Below, piece after piece: positions 13,419-22,862 of a DNA stretch of 64,000 nucleotides. Within the stretch, counting starts at the first letter, position 1. The number at the start of each line of letters is the position of its first letter. Below the pieces are notes generated by a model. The model had not been told where the DNA came from. It saw nothing but the letters and a program-made list of their open reading frames with translations, and did no database searches. The position numbers were made by a program, and so were the translations under genes. The stretch is from Vicinamibacterales bacterium (GTDB lineage: Bacteria > Acidobacteriota > Vicinamibacteria > Vicinamibacterales > UBA2999): assembly GCA_050247355.1 (NCBI GenBank), contig JBFWUK010000006.1:46593-110592 (forward strand), read 5' to 3'.

Positions 13419-15227
13419 TTGACGCTCCCTGGCATTCTCGAGAAGTACTGGGGCTACAGCTCCTTCCGGCCGCTGCAGCTCGAAGCCATGGAGGCGGTGA
13501 TGGCCGGCCGCGATTCGCTGCTGGTGCTGCCCACCGGCGGCGGCAAGTCGTTGTGCTTTCAGGCGCCGGCGATTGCCCGCGACGGACTGGCCATTGTCGT
13601 GTCGCCGTTGATCTCGCTGATGAAGGACCAGGTCGACACCCTGGTCGGCAACGGCGTGTCGGCGGCGTACTACAACAGCGCCATGTCGTCGGAGGCGCGC
13701 GCCGAGGTCACCCGCGGCATTCGTGACGGCCGCTACCGCATGCTGTACGTCGCGCCCGAGCGGCTGGTCGGCGACGGCGGCGACGGCTTCCTGAAGCTGC
13801 TCGAAGCCAAGCCGGTCAGCTTCATTGCCGTGGACGAGGCGCACTGCATCAGCCAGTGGGGTCACGACTTCCGGACCGAGTACCGGCAATTGGCTCGCCT
13901 GCGCGATCGCTGGCCGTCGGTCAGCATGCATGCCTACACCGCGACCGCGACCGGACGGGTGCGCAAGGACATCATCGCGCAGCTCGGGTTGCGCGATGCG
14001 GCGGAACTGGTCGGGTCGTTCGACCGCCCGAACCTGGTCTACCGCGTGCTGGCGCGGGCCACGCTGAAGGCGCAGATCCTCGAAGTGCTCGAGCGCCATC
14101 GCGGCCAGGCCGGCATCATCTACTGCACCTCGCGCAAGGAAGTGGACAGCCTGTCGCAGTGGCTGAACGATACGGGCTGGCGCGCGCGCCCATATCACGC
14201 CGGGCTGGCAGACGAGGAACGCAGCCGCAACCAGGATGCGTTCCTCAACGAAGAAGTGGACCTGGTGGTCGCCACGGTCGCCTTCGGCATGGGCATCGAT
14301 CGCTCGGACGTGCGCTTCGTGATCCACTCCGGGGCGCCGCAGTCGCTCGAACACTACCAGCAGGAATCGGGCCGCGCCGGCCGCGACGGCCTCGAGGCCG
14401 AGTGCGTGCTGATCGCCTCGGGCGCCGACTTCCTGAAGTGGCGCGTGATGCTCGAGAAGAACGGCGAGATGTCCGATGCCCGCCGCACGCTGCTGCGCGA
14501 CATGGAGCGCTATGCCGCCAGCGTCGGCTGCCGCCACAAGCGGCTGGTCGGCTACTTCGGCGAGACGTTCACCAAGGACGATTGCGGCGCCTGCGACTAC
14601 TGCCTCGGCGAGTTGGAGACCCTGGCCGACCCCGCCACCATCGCGCGCAAGGTGCTGTCGTGCGTCGCCCGGGTCGGGCAGCGCTTCGGCGCCGCGCACG
14701 TGTGCAACGTGTTGAGGGGCAGTGACAGCGAGCAGGTGCGCTCGCGCGGCCATCACGAGTTGTCGGTGTTCGGGTTGATGAAGGACTCGAGCCTCGACGA
14801 ATTGCGCGGCTACATCGATCAGCTGCTGGCACACGGACTGCTGCAGCAGGGCGGCGACGAGTATCCGATCCTGCAACTCACCAACGAGGGCCTGGCGCTG
14901 CTCAAGGACGCCGGCGCACAGCCGGACCTGTCGCTGGCCCGGCAGAAGAGGCCCGAGAAGGGCCGGCTGCCCAAGCGGGCCCGGGTCGAAACCGAAGGGT
15001 GGGAAGGCGTCGACCGCGACCTGTTCGAGCGGCTGCGCGCCATGCGCATGCAGGTGGCGCGCAAGCGCGGCGTGCCGCCATACGTCATCTTCCACGACAC
15101 CACGCTGCGCGAGATCGCCCGGACCAAGCCGGATTCAATCGAAGGGTTGCGTCACGTCAAGGGCGTCGGCGATCGCAAGTCGGCGGATCTGGGCGAGCTC
15201 ATCCTGTCGATCATCGCGGTTCCTTGA
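13419..15227 (+). CDS. recQ: ATP-dependent DNA helicase RecQ
   Basis: PTGGGKS, DEAHCISQWGHDFR, QESGRAGRDG, zinc-binding Cys cluster, RQC and HRDC domains. Confidence 0.95.
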   Translation: MTLPGILEKYWGYSSFRPLQLEAMEAVMAGRDSLLVLPTGGGKSLCFQAPAIARDGLAIVVSPLISLMKDQVDTLVGNGVSAAYYNSAMSSEARAEVTRGIRDGRYRMLYVAPERLVGDGGDGFLKLLEAKPVSFIAVDEAHCISQWGHDFRTEYRQLARLRDRWPSVSMHAYTATATGRVRKDIIAQLGLRDAAELVGSFDRPNLVYRVLARATLKAQILEVLERHRGQAGIIYCTSRKEVDSLSQWLNDTGWRARPYHAGLADEERSRNQDAFLNEEVDLVVATVAFGMGIDRSDVRFVIHSGAPQSLEHYQQESGRAGRDGLEAECVLIASGADFLKWRVMLEKNGEMSDARRTLLRDMERYAASVGCRHKRLVGYFGETFTKDDCGACDYCLGELETLADPATIARKVLSCVARVGQRFGAAHVCNVLRGSDSEQVRSRGHHELSVFGLMKDSSLDELRGYIDQLLAHGLLQQGGDEYPILQLTNEGLALLKDAGAQPDLSLARQKRPEKGRLPKRARVETEGWEGVDRDLFERLRAMRMQVARKRGVPPYVIFHDTTLREIARTKPDSIEGLRHVKGVGDRKSADLGELILSIIAVP

Positions 15228-16320
15228 CCGCGATTCGCGGTTCCTTGACCGCGATTCGCGGTTCCTTGACCGCGATTCGCGGCTCCTTGATCGCGGACTC
15301 GCGTTCCTTGACAGCGCTTTCGATCGCCGGCACGCGAAACAGCCGATCGAGCGCTGCCGGCGTGGCTTTCTCGTAGACACTGCCGGCCGGCGGCGCGACC
15401 TTGACGCGGGTCTTCAGCGCCTCGAGGTCGAGGCCCTCCTTCAGGCCGGCGTCCACCTGGCCGACGACCGAACGCAACATGGCCTGCAAGTCGGCAATGA
15501 AGCGGGCGTCTCGCTGGACCGGTCCATGGCCGGGGACGAACATCGCCGCATCGAGCGCCGCCAGCCTATCCAACGTCTGAATCCACGCGCGCGGCGCCGA
15601 GAAGAAGGCGAACTGGATCGGCGTGATCGCCATGTCGCCGTTGATGACAACGCGATCGGCGGGGAGATGAATGACGACGTCGCCCGGGGTGTTCGCGCTG
15701 CCCAGGTGCAGCACGTCAATCCGCCGCCGGCCCTGCATGATCGTCAGCTTCTGATCGATCAGCACGTCGGGCAGCACGTAGTCGCCCTGCCACACCTCGA
15801 TCTGCATCTCGGCCCGCGACAACTCGCGGTCTTCGGCCTCGCTCCGCTTGGCCTGGGCGCGCAACTCCTTGAGCCGCGCTTCCATCTTCGGGCGATTGAC
15901 GTCGCGATAGTCGACCTCGCCGGTGATGATGCCGTCGCGCGTGGCGGCGTGAGCCACGAAGCGGGCCGCCGGGAACGCGCGGCGGAACACCTGGTTGCCA
16001 AAGATGTGGTCGCCGTGCCAGTGCGTGTTGATGACCGTGGATACCGGCTTGGCGGTGACCCGGCGCAGGCCCTCGAGGATGGCCTCGCCGGCGCCTCGCG
16101 AGAGCCCGGTGTCGATCAGCACCACATCGTCTTTGCCGACGATGAAGGTGGAGTTGCTGATGGCGGGGGAGCCGGGCGGCGTTGTCCAGGTCAGGGTGTG
16201 AACGCCGTCGGCGAGCTGGGTGATTGTGTAGGTGCTGTTGTACGGTCCGCTGCCGGTCTGGGCGGATGCCAGGCCGGGAATGCAGACGGCAAGGCCAATC
16301 AAAAAGGCAGTGGCGCGCAT
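15211..16320 (-). CDS. Secreted MBL-fold metallo-hydrolase
   Basis: Signal peptide MRATAFL...; NTHWHGDH, GD and PGHG motifs. Confidence 0.88.
   Translation of the reverse strand: MRATAFLIGLAVCIPGLASAQTGSGPYNSTYTITQLADGVHTLTWTTPPGSPAISNSTFIVGKDDVVLIDTGLSRGAGEAILEGLRRVTAKPVSTVINTHWHGDHIFGNQVFRRAFPAARFVAHAATRDGIITGEVDYRDVNRPKMEARLKELRAQAKRSEAEDRELSRAEMQIEVWQGDYVLPDVLIDQKLTIMQGRRRIDVLHLGSANTPGDVVIHLPADRVVINGDMAITPIQFAFFSAPRAWIQTLDRLAALDAAMFVPGHGPVQRDARFIADLQAMLRSVVGQVDAGLKEGLDLEALKTRVKVAPPAGSVYEKATPAALDRLFRVPAIESAVKERESAIKEPRIAVKEPRIAVKEPRIAVKEPR
15215..15319. repeat. 21 bp tandem repeat (3 exact and 2 degenerate copies), each unit palindromic
   Basis: Unit CGCGGTTCCTTGACCGCGATT; encodes (KEPRIAV)n on the minus strand. 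Confidence 0.9.
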
Positions 16321-16390
16321 CCGGTAAGCATGAACCACGGCACGCCGATTCTGTCGGTGCCGGGCCATAAAGCTGGGACGAAGGTGGTGA

Positions 16391-18907
16391 TCAGCGCAGG
16401 GCCACGCGCCAGGCGCCGCGCCCGTGCGTGAACGCGAACAGGTACTGTTGTCCCGTCGGCGTGCGCACCGCCGACAGCCACATCGTCACGGCGGGTCCGA
16501 ACCCGGTCTCCTCGCTCATCCAACTGCGCCCGCCATCGATCGAGGTCATCACTCCCAGGTCCGTGCCCAGGTAGAGCCGCTGCGAATCCTCGGGATCGAC
16601 CACCAGTGAGTGCACCGGTATGTCCGGTAGTGCTCCGGTGCCAGAGCCGTCGAGGGTCTGCCAACTGGCGCCGCCATCGATGCTGCGGTAGACGTGGGCG
16701 CCGCCGAAATTGCCGTAGGTGGCGTAGAGCACGCTGTCGGCGCGGGGATCGAGGGCGACCGACGTGACCCAGCCCTCGCGAGGGCGGCTGGATTGAAACG
16801 TGACCGCCGACGGCGGGTCGTTGGCGTTGCCGGTCCACAGTACGTCGCCGGTGGTCGTGCCGGCGACGACCACCTGTGGCGAGCGTGCCGATACCGTCAC
16901 GGCGCTCACCAGACCGCCGCCAGGCAACGCCGACGCGCCGGCCTTGCTCCACGGCACGGCGCCGGCCGGTCCCGAGCGATAGAGCGCCGAGCCGCCGAGC
17001 CACACCTGATGCGGCGGCGCGGGATCCATCGCGAAGGGCGTGACGAATAGGTAATTGGCATCGGGTCCGAGCGAATCGGAAATGATGGCATCGAGTCCGG
17101 CCCGGCTGCGGTCGAAGCTGCTGCCGCCGTTGGTAGTGCGAGCGAGATTCGACCATTGATATTCGACGAGCCAGGTCGAGACGGCCGACGGGCTCACGGC
17201 GCTGAAGCCGCCGTCGCCGCCGAAGACGGTGCGCCATCCGTCGGGGCCGTCATGGTCGCTGCCGTAGATGGTGCCGTTGTCCTGCGCCCCGGCCAGGTAG
17301 CGCGTGCCGTCGGGGAACGAAACCCCGTGATAGAACTGCGTGACGCCGTAGCCGCGATTGAGCGACGTCCACGCCACCGAGCCGTTCGCGCCATTGCAGG
17401 CGGCTCGCGATCCAGTGGCCGTGTTGCCGCGCGCGTTGGAGGTGCGGTAGATCCCGCCGTCGTTGCCGATCAGGGCGATCTGGTTGCCGCTGCCGTCGTA
17501 GTCCGGGTGGAAGGCGATTACGTGCTGATCGACGTGGGTCGAAGCGGGGAAGCCGGAGCCGCCATAGCTCGCCATGCCCCAGTTCCGCCCGCCATCGTCG
17601 GATCGGAACCAGTCGACGCCAGCCGCCCACACGCGGTTCGGATCGCGCGGATCGACGGCAATGACGTTGATGTACCAGCCCATGTTGGTAAAGGCGTTGG
17701 CCGACTGCGGATTGCACTGGGCGGCGGTGGCGCTGTAGACGTTGGTGAGCAGCAGGGTGTTCAAGTACGACGAGTCCTGGTTGGTGACACGGGTCTCCCA
17801 GGTGCCGGCGGTACCACCGCGTTCGGAGCGATAGACGGCGAGCAGGCCCTGGCGATAGTTGCCGCCGGGGCCGGCGTCGTTGCTGGCGGCCAGCGCATAC
17901 ATCACGTCCGGTTGCGATGGGGCAAGCGCCAGGGACGTGCGCCCCATGTTGGGCTCGCGCAACACCACCTCGGCGTCGGACCGGCTCGAGGCGTTGGAGA
18001 AGCGGTACACCGTGGCCTGTTCGTACGAACCGCACGACGCAAACAGCACGTCTTCGGTGCGATCGGGCCGCAGCGCCAGATCGAGGCAGCCGCCGCGCAC
18101 GCTCGTGGTGAGCAGCCGCGTCCATGTGACGCCGCTGTCGGATGACCGCCAGACGCCGGTGCGCGTGGCCGCGTAGATGCGGCGGGGATCCGAAACGCCC
18201 AGCTCGAGGTCGTTGACCCAGTGAAAGTCGGCATTGTTGGTGGCTGCCAGGCGCTGCCAGGTGGCGCCACCGTCGGTGGTCGTGAAGATGCCGCCGCCGC
18301 GCAGCGGCAGCCCCGTGCCGCGAATTTCCTCGCGGAAGTAGCCCTCGCCGGTGCCCGCGAACATCGTCGATGGCCGCAACGGGTCGATGGCGAGCGAGTT
18401 GACGGTGATGTTAGTCATGCCATCGCCGCTCGGCCGCCAGGAGGCGCCGTTGTCGTCGCTCTTCCACAGGCCGCCAGACACGCCGGCGGCGAACAGTGTC
18501 GTCGGCACAGTGGGGTGAAAGCGGACGACGCGTGTGCGGCCGCCAATGTTGCCGGGACCGAGCGGCGTCCACGCATCGAGGACGGCCGTGGGCCCGCTGC
18601 GATCGTTGGCGGCGACCGCCCGGCCGCCGGCCAGCCAGACCCGGGTTGCCGGGTGCGCGGCCGGCAAGGTCCGGTTAACGGCGGTGGAGTAGCGCCCGAG
18701 GCCGGCCAACTGGCGGGAGGCGCGTTCGTAGAGCGCGACGGTGTCGATCGAGGGGGCGAGCGGGCGCCGGCGGTCATCCTCGTATTGGGCTGCGGCCCCG
18801 GGCTCGTCGAAGCGCGGCACGGCCACCGGCCGGCCGGGGGCAAGAGTCAGGAGGAGGCCGGCCACACCCGTCAGGAGGGCGGTGGCGGCGAAGGTTCGCA
18901 GCGCCAT
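16391..18907 (-). CDS. Secreted BNR/Asp-box repeat beta-propeller protein (sortilin/glycosyl-hydrolase-like)
   Basis: Many SxDGGxxW repeats; LGPGNIGGR, GAQDNG, GGDG, THGRGAW. Confidence 0.8.
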   Translation of the reverse strand: MALRTFAATALLTGVAGLLLTLAPGRPVAVPRFDEPGAAAQYEDDRRRPLAPSIDTVALYERASRQLAGLGRYSTAVNRTLPAAHPATRVWLAGGRAVAANDRSGPTAVLDAWTPLGPGNIGGRTRVVRFHPTVPTTLFAAGVSGGLWKSDDNGASWRPSGDGMTNITVNSLAIDPLRPSTMFAGTGEGYFREEIRGTGLPLRGGGIFTTTDGGATWQRLAATNNADFHWVNDLELGVSDPRRIYAATRTGVWRSSDSGVTWTRLLTTSVRGGCLDLALRPDRTEDVLFASCGSYEQATVYRFSNASSRSDAEVVLREPNMGRTSLALAPSQPDVMYALAASNDAGPGGNYRQGLLAVYRSERGGTAGTWETRVTNQDSSYLNTLLLTNVYSATAAQCNPQSANAFTNMGWYINVIAVDPRDPNRVWAAGVDWFRSDDGGRNWGMASYGGSGFPASTHVDQHVIAFHPDYDGSGNQIALIGNDGGIYRTSNARGNTATGSRAACNGANGSVAWTSLNRGYGVTQFYHGVSFPDGTRYLAGAQDNGTIYGSDHDGPDGWRTVFGGDGGFSAVSPSAVSTWLVEYQWSNLARTTNGGSSFDRSRAGLDAIISDSLGPDANYLFVTPFAMDPAPPHQVWLGGSALYRSGPAGAVPWSKAGASALPGGGLVSAVTVSARSPQVVVAGTTTGDVLWTGNANDPPSAVTFQSSRPREGWVTSVALDPRADSVLYATYGNFGGAHVYRSIDGGASWQTLDGSGTGALPDIPVHSLVVDPEDSQRLYLGTDLGVMTSIDGGRSWMSEETGFGPAVTMWLSAVRTPTGQQYLFAFTHGRGAWRVALR

Positions 18908-18992
18908 TCGGGGAGCGAATCTTCCCATAGTTCGGGTGTGAATCGACTATCGAACTCTTGCCAACCTTTGGCTGGTTCACCTCGTCTGACCC

Positions 18993-19007
18993 TATGTAGT
19001 AAACATA
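18993..19007. promoter_or_regulatory. Candidate PadR operator
   Basis: Inverted repeat TATGT-AGTAA-ACATA just upstream of the padR-like gene. Confidence 0.45.
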
Positions 19008-19022
19008 CCAAGGGTGTCCAGG

Positions 19023-19325
19023 ATGAGACGGCTCAGCATTACCGCGGTCAGCGTGCTCCAGGCCATTGCCGGCGGCTACGAATATGGCTTTGACGTCATC
19101 GATCAGACCGGCCTGCCAAGCGGCACGGTGTATCCGGCCCTCAGCCGGCTCGAGCGCGATGGCTACGTTCGTTCGGCCTGGGAAGACGAGGCCGGCGCGC
19201 ACGCCGAGGGCCGGCCGGCCCGGCGCTATTACCGCCTGACGGCACCGGGCGTGAAGGCACTGAGCGAGGCGGTGGCGTTTTATCGCGCGTTGCTGCCCGC
19301 CCGGGTGGCGGCGGTGAAGCGGTAG
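19023..19325 (+). CDS. PadR-family transcriptional regulator
   Basis: YGFDVI, GTVYPALSRLE, RRYYRLT. Confidence 0.9.
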   Translation: MRRLSITAVSVLQAIAGGYEYGFDVIDQTGLPSGTVYPALSRLERDGYVRSAWEDEAGAHAEGRPARRYYRLTAPGVKALSEAVAFYRALLPARVAAVKR

Positions 19326-22012
19326 TGCCCACGCCCAGGGTCCGGCCGAAGCCGGACGCCGCCGTTGCGAGCGATTGGTTGCTCCGGCTGGCGGCGCCGC
19401 TGGTGCCGTACGACATCCGGCGCGAGTGGCTGCGCGAGTGGCGGGCGGAGCTTGCCTTTGCCGCCGCGCAAGCCGCCAGACGCGGCCGCCCGATGCCGGC
19501 GTCGGTAACTTTTCGGGCGGCCGGCGCCATCCCGCACGCCGTCTGGTTGCGATGGGATCAATGGGGAGTTGACATGATCTGGCAGGACCTCAAGCACGCG
19601 GTGCGCGCCCTGCGCGCCAAGCCCGGGTTCACTTTCGTGACGCTGTTGACGCTGGCCCTTGGTATTGGCGGTACCGCGGCGATCTTCGGAGCGGTGAATG
19701 CAGTGCTTCTGCGCCCCTTGCCCTATCCCGACTCCGAGCGCCTCGTGCAGGTGTTCAAGACAACGGTCAAGCAGCCGGATCGTGTCGGCGGAACCGTGTC
19801 GCCGCCCGACTTCGTGGACTGGCGCCGCCACGCAAGCGCCTTCAGCGAGCTCGCGGCCCTGGTCGAGGTGGAATATCCGCTGACGGGCAGCGGCGCCGCC
19901 GAGCAGGTACGGGGGGCAGGCGTCACTGGCGGCTTCTTCACGGTGCTCGGCACGCCGGCCTTGCTGGGCCGGACGTTGACCACCGGCGACGACCCCATCG
20001 GCTCGCGCGATGTCGTCGTCCTGAGCCACGCCCTGTGGACGCGCCGCTTCGGCGCCGATCGCAACCTGATCGGCCGGCAACTGGCGATCGACGGCGTCTC
20101 GCGCGAGGTGGTCGGCGTGATGCCGGCCGGATTCGAGTATCCGTTGCAGTCGGAATTCTGGCTGCCCCTGCGCTTCACGCCCGTCGACTTGGAGACACAG
20201 CGCGGCGCGCACTACATTGAGGTCGTCGGCCGGTTGAAGACCGGTACGTCGATCGAGGAAGCACGGACCGGAATGCGCGCGATCGCGGAGCGGTTGGCGC
20301 AGGAGTTCCCGCGCACCAACCGCGACTCATCGGCTTCGGTTCATCCGCTTCGCGACGCCATGGTGGGCGATGTCCGCGAATCGCTCTTCGTGCTGTTGGG
20401 GGCGGTTGGCCTGGTCCTGCTGATCGTGTGCGTGAATGTCGCCAGCCTGGTTCTGATTCGAGCGGTCGGCCGTGGCCGCGAAATGGCGGTGCGCGTGGCC
20501 ATGGGCGCGAATCGCGTCACCCTCATCCGCGGCCTGATCGTCGAGAGCCTCGTGCTTGGCGTCGCCGGCGGCGCCGCCGGCCTGGTGCTGGCGTCGTGGG
20601 CCACGACCATGATCAGGTCGCTGGATCCGTCGATCGGCATCCCCTTGCTCGATCACACGCGGCTCGACTATACCGTGGTGGCCTTCACACTTGGCGTGTC
20701 GGTGCTGGCCGCGGTGTTGTTCGGCACGTTGCCGGCCTGGCAGGCGACGACGATTGGCGACCTGGTCAAGCGCATTCGCGAAGAAGGCGGCAGTACGACC
20801 AGCGATCCCAGGCGGCTGCGCCTGCGCAGCGGACTCATCGTCGCCGAAACCACGTTGGCGGTGGTGCTGCTGGTGGGTGCCGGGTTGCTCGCGCGCAGTT
20901 TCGAGCGGCTGCTGTCGGTCGACCTGGGCTTCACAACAGAGGGCATCCAGACGTTCAGCGTGAGCCTGCCCGAGGGCCGCTACAGCACCCCGAGCCAGCG
21001 GGCAGAGTTCGTCGAACAGCTGGTCTCCAGAGTGGCGCAGCAGCCGGGCGTCGAGCGGGCCGGCGCCATCTTCGGGCTGCCGCTCACGAACTTCCGCTAC
21101 GGGATCACGACCGCCACCCTTGACGGCGTCACGTTGTCGGACGAAGAGCAGGATCGCCTCATCCTCCAGGTGCGCGTGGTCACGCCCAACTATTTTGCGA
21201 CCATGGGCATTCCAGTCGTACGCGGCCGAGCCTTCACGGCCGCCGATCGCACGGGCGGCCAGCTCGTGGCCGTTCTCAACCAGGTGGCCGCCGCGCGGCT
21301 GTGGCCCGACACTGACGCGCTTGGCCACCAACTTGAGATTGGCACCAGGCTCGGCCAGGGCGGTGCGCGTGCCGGCGGCACGGTCGTCGGCATTGCCGGC
21401 GACGTGCACGACCATGGTCCGGCCGCCAGGGTGGCGCCCACGCTGTATCTCGCGCATGGCCAGTTTCCGGTTGATTCGGTGACCGTGGTGGCGCGCGGCG
21501 GCGGTGACCCGGCCGGGCTCGTTGAGCCGATGCGGTCGGTGTTGCGCCAGCTCGATGCCGACGTGCCGATGTTCCGCGTGCGGTCGATGGCGCAGATCGC
21601 CGCCAACGCCGTGGCACAGCCCCGACTCTACCTGGTGTTGATCGCGTGCTTCGCGACGACCGCGATGCTGCTGTCGGCGATAGGCCTCTACGGTGTCATG
21701 GCATTTGCCGTCGGTCAACGCACGCGCGAAATCGGCATTCGCCTGGCGCTCGGCGCCCGGCGCGGCGAAGTACTCGGTATGGTGATGAGGCAGGCCGGCG
21801 CCCTGGCGGTCACGGGCGTGGCGGCGGGCCTGGTCACGGCGGCGCTGGCCAGCCGCGTGCTGCGCGCGCAGTTGTTCGAGGTGGCGCCGACCGATCTAGC
21901 GACCTATGTCGCCGTCGGCCTTGGTCTGCTACTGGTCGCATTCGTCGCCAGCTGGATACCGGCCCGCCGGGCGGCCCGGGTTGATCCCCTTACCGCGCTC
22001 CGGCACGATTAG
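19325..22012 (+). CDS. Duplicated MacB/FtsX-type ABC permease (ADOP type) with N-terminal prefix domain
   Basis: QDLKHAVR, LALGIG, two periplasmic-plus-TM halves, QRTREIGIRLALGA, VDPLTALR; TAG/GTG overlap with padR. Confidence 0.9.
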   Translation: MPTPRVRPKPDAAVASDWLLRLAAPLVPYDIRREWLREWRAELAFAAAQAARRGRPMPASVTFRAAGAIPHAVWLRWDQWGVDMIWQDLKHAVRALRAKPGFTFVTLLTLALGIGGTAAIFGAVNAVLLRPLPYPDSERLVQVFKTTVKQPDRVGGTVSPPDFVDWRRHASAFSELAALVEVEYPLTGSGAAEQVRGAGVTGGFFTVLGTPALLGRTLTTGDDPIGSRDVVVLSHALWTRRFGADRNLIGRQLAIDGVSREVVGVMPAGFEYPLQSEFWLPLRFTPVDLETQRGAHYIEVVGRLKTGTSIEEARTGMRAIAERLAQEFPRTNRDSSASVHPLRDAMVGDVRESLFVLLGAVGLVLLIVCVNVASLVLIRAVGRGREMAVRVAMGANRVTLIRGLIVESLVLGVAGGAAGLVLASWATTMIRSLDPSIGIPLLDHTRLDYTVVAFTLGVSVLAAVLFGTLPAWQATTIGDLVKRIREEGGSTTSDPRRLRLRSGLIVAETTLAVVLLVGAGLLARSFERLLSVDLGFTTEGIQTFSVSLPEGRYSTPSQRAEFVEQLVSRVAQQPGVERAGAIFGLPLTNFRYGITTATLDGVTLSDEEQDRLILQVRVVTPNYFATMGIPVVRGRAFTAADRTGGQLVAVLNQVAAARLWPDTDALGHQLEIGTRLGQGGARAGGTVVGIAGDVHDHGPAARVAPTLYLAHGQFPVDSVTVVARGGGDPAGLVEPMRSVLRQLDADVPMFRVRSMAQIAANAVAQPRLYLVLIACFATTAMLLSAIGLYGVMAFAVGQRTREIGIRLALGARRGEVLGMVMRQAGALAVTGVAAGLVTAALASRVLRAQLFEVAPTDLATYVAVGLGLLLVAFVASWIPARRAARVDPLTALRHD

Positions 22013-22022
22013 CACTCGAGGC

Positions 22023-22099
22023 CCGCCTGCGCTCGCCAGGACATTCGCGACGAGCTACGGCGAGGTCTCGCCGAAGCGGCCTTCGGCCGCGCAGGCGGA
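22023..22099. repeat. Intergenic paired REP-like palindromes
   Basis: CCGCCTGCGC...GCTACGGCGAG followed by CTCGCCGAAGC...GCGCAGGCGG. Confidence 0.65.
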
Positions 22100-22115
22100 C
22101 ACCTTAGAATGTCCC

Positions 22116-22811
22116 ATGGCCATTCCCGCCGGGTTCGATTGGAGCACGCCGTTCATTGCTGACGCGTGCGTGCAGTTATCGCTGTCAGTCCGCGTCGGCC
22201 CACCGGGTTTTCGCTGCACCATTCCCGGCTCGCGCATCGCCGGTCCGGTTTGTCCGGCCCGCCACGCGGGCAGCACCGACGTCTTTCTCGAGGCCATCGC
22301 ATCAGCCAATCCCGGCGACGTGCTGGTGATCGACAACGGCGGCCGCCTCGATGAAGGGTGCATCGGCGACCTGGTGGTTGGCGAAGCGCACATGAGCCGC
22401 CTGGCCGCGACGCTGTGCTGGGGCGCACACCGCGACACGTCGGCGATTCGCGCCATGGGCGCCAAGGTGTGGAGCCTGGGCACCTGTCCCAACGGTCCGC
22501 TCGAGCTGCGGCCGCGCGAGGCCGACGCGCTCACGCACGCGCGGTTTGGCGCCGTGACGGCGACCGCCGGCGACATCGCCTTTGCCGATGATGACGGCGT
22601 GGTGTTTGTGGGCCTGACCCACCTCGCCGAGGTCATCGAGGCGGCGCGGGACATCGCGGTTCGCGAGGGCGCGCAGGCCGCCCGCCTGCTGAAGGGCGAA
22701 CACTTGCGATCGCAACTCGACTTGCACGGCTACCTCGCCAGGCGCGCGGCGAATCCCGCCTACACGTTCCGGGATCACTTGAAGTCGTTCGGCGGCGCGA
22801 TCGAGATTTGA
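22116..22811 (+). CDS. RraA/HMG-aldolase family protein
   Basis: IADA, GDVLVIDNGG, IGDL, RD, GD..ADDDGVV. Confidence 0.8.
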   Translation: MAIPAGFDWSTPFIADACVQLSLSVRVGPPGFRCTIPGSRIAGPVCPARHAGSTDVFLEAIASANPGDVLVIDNGGRLDEGCIGDLVVGEAHMSRLAATLCWGAHRDTSAIRAMGAKVWSLGTCPNGPLELRPREADALTHARFGAVTATAGDIAFADDDGVVFVGLTHLAEVIEAARDIAVREGAQAARLLKGEHLRSQLDLHGYLARRAANPAYTFRDHLKSFGGAIEI

Positions 22812-22862
22812 CCCGGTAAGCGTTTTCGTCCGTGCTCTCGTCCAATCAAGGCTGGAGGGGGC

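Noticed and set aside
15215..15319. Possible CRISPR array (also considered for 34472-34632)
   Set aside because: There are no unique spacers and no cas genes; these are tandem and REP repeats.
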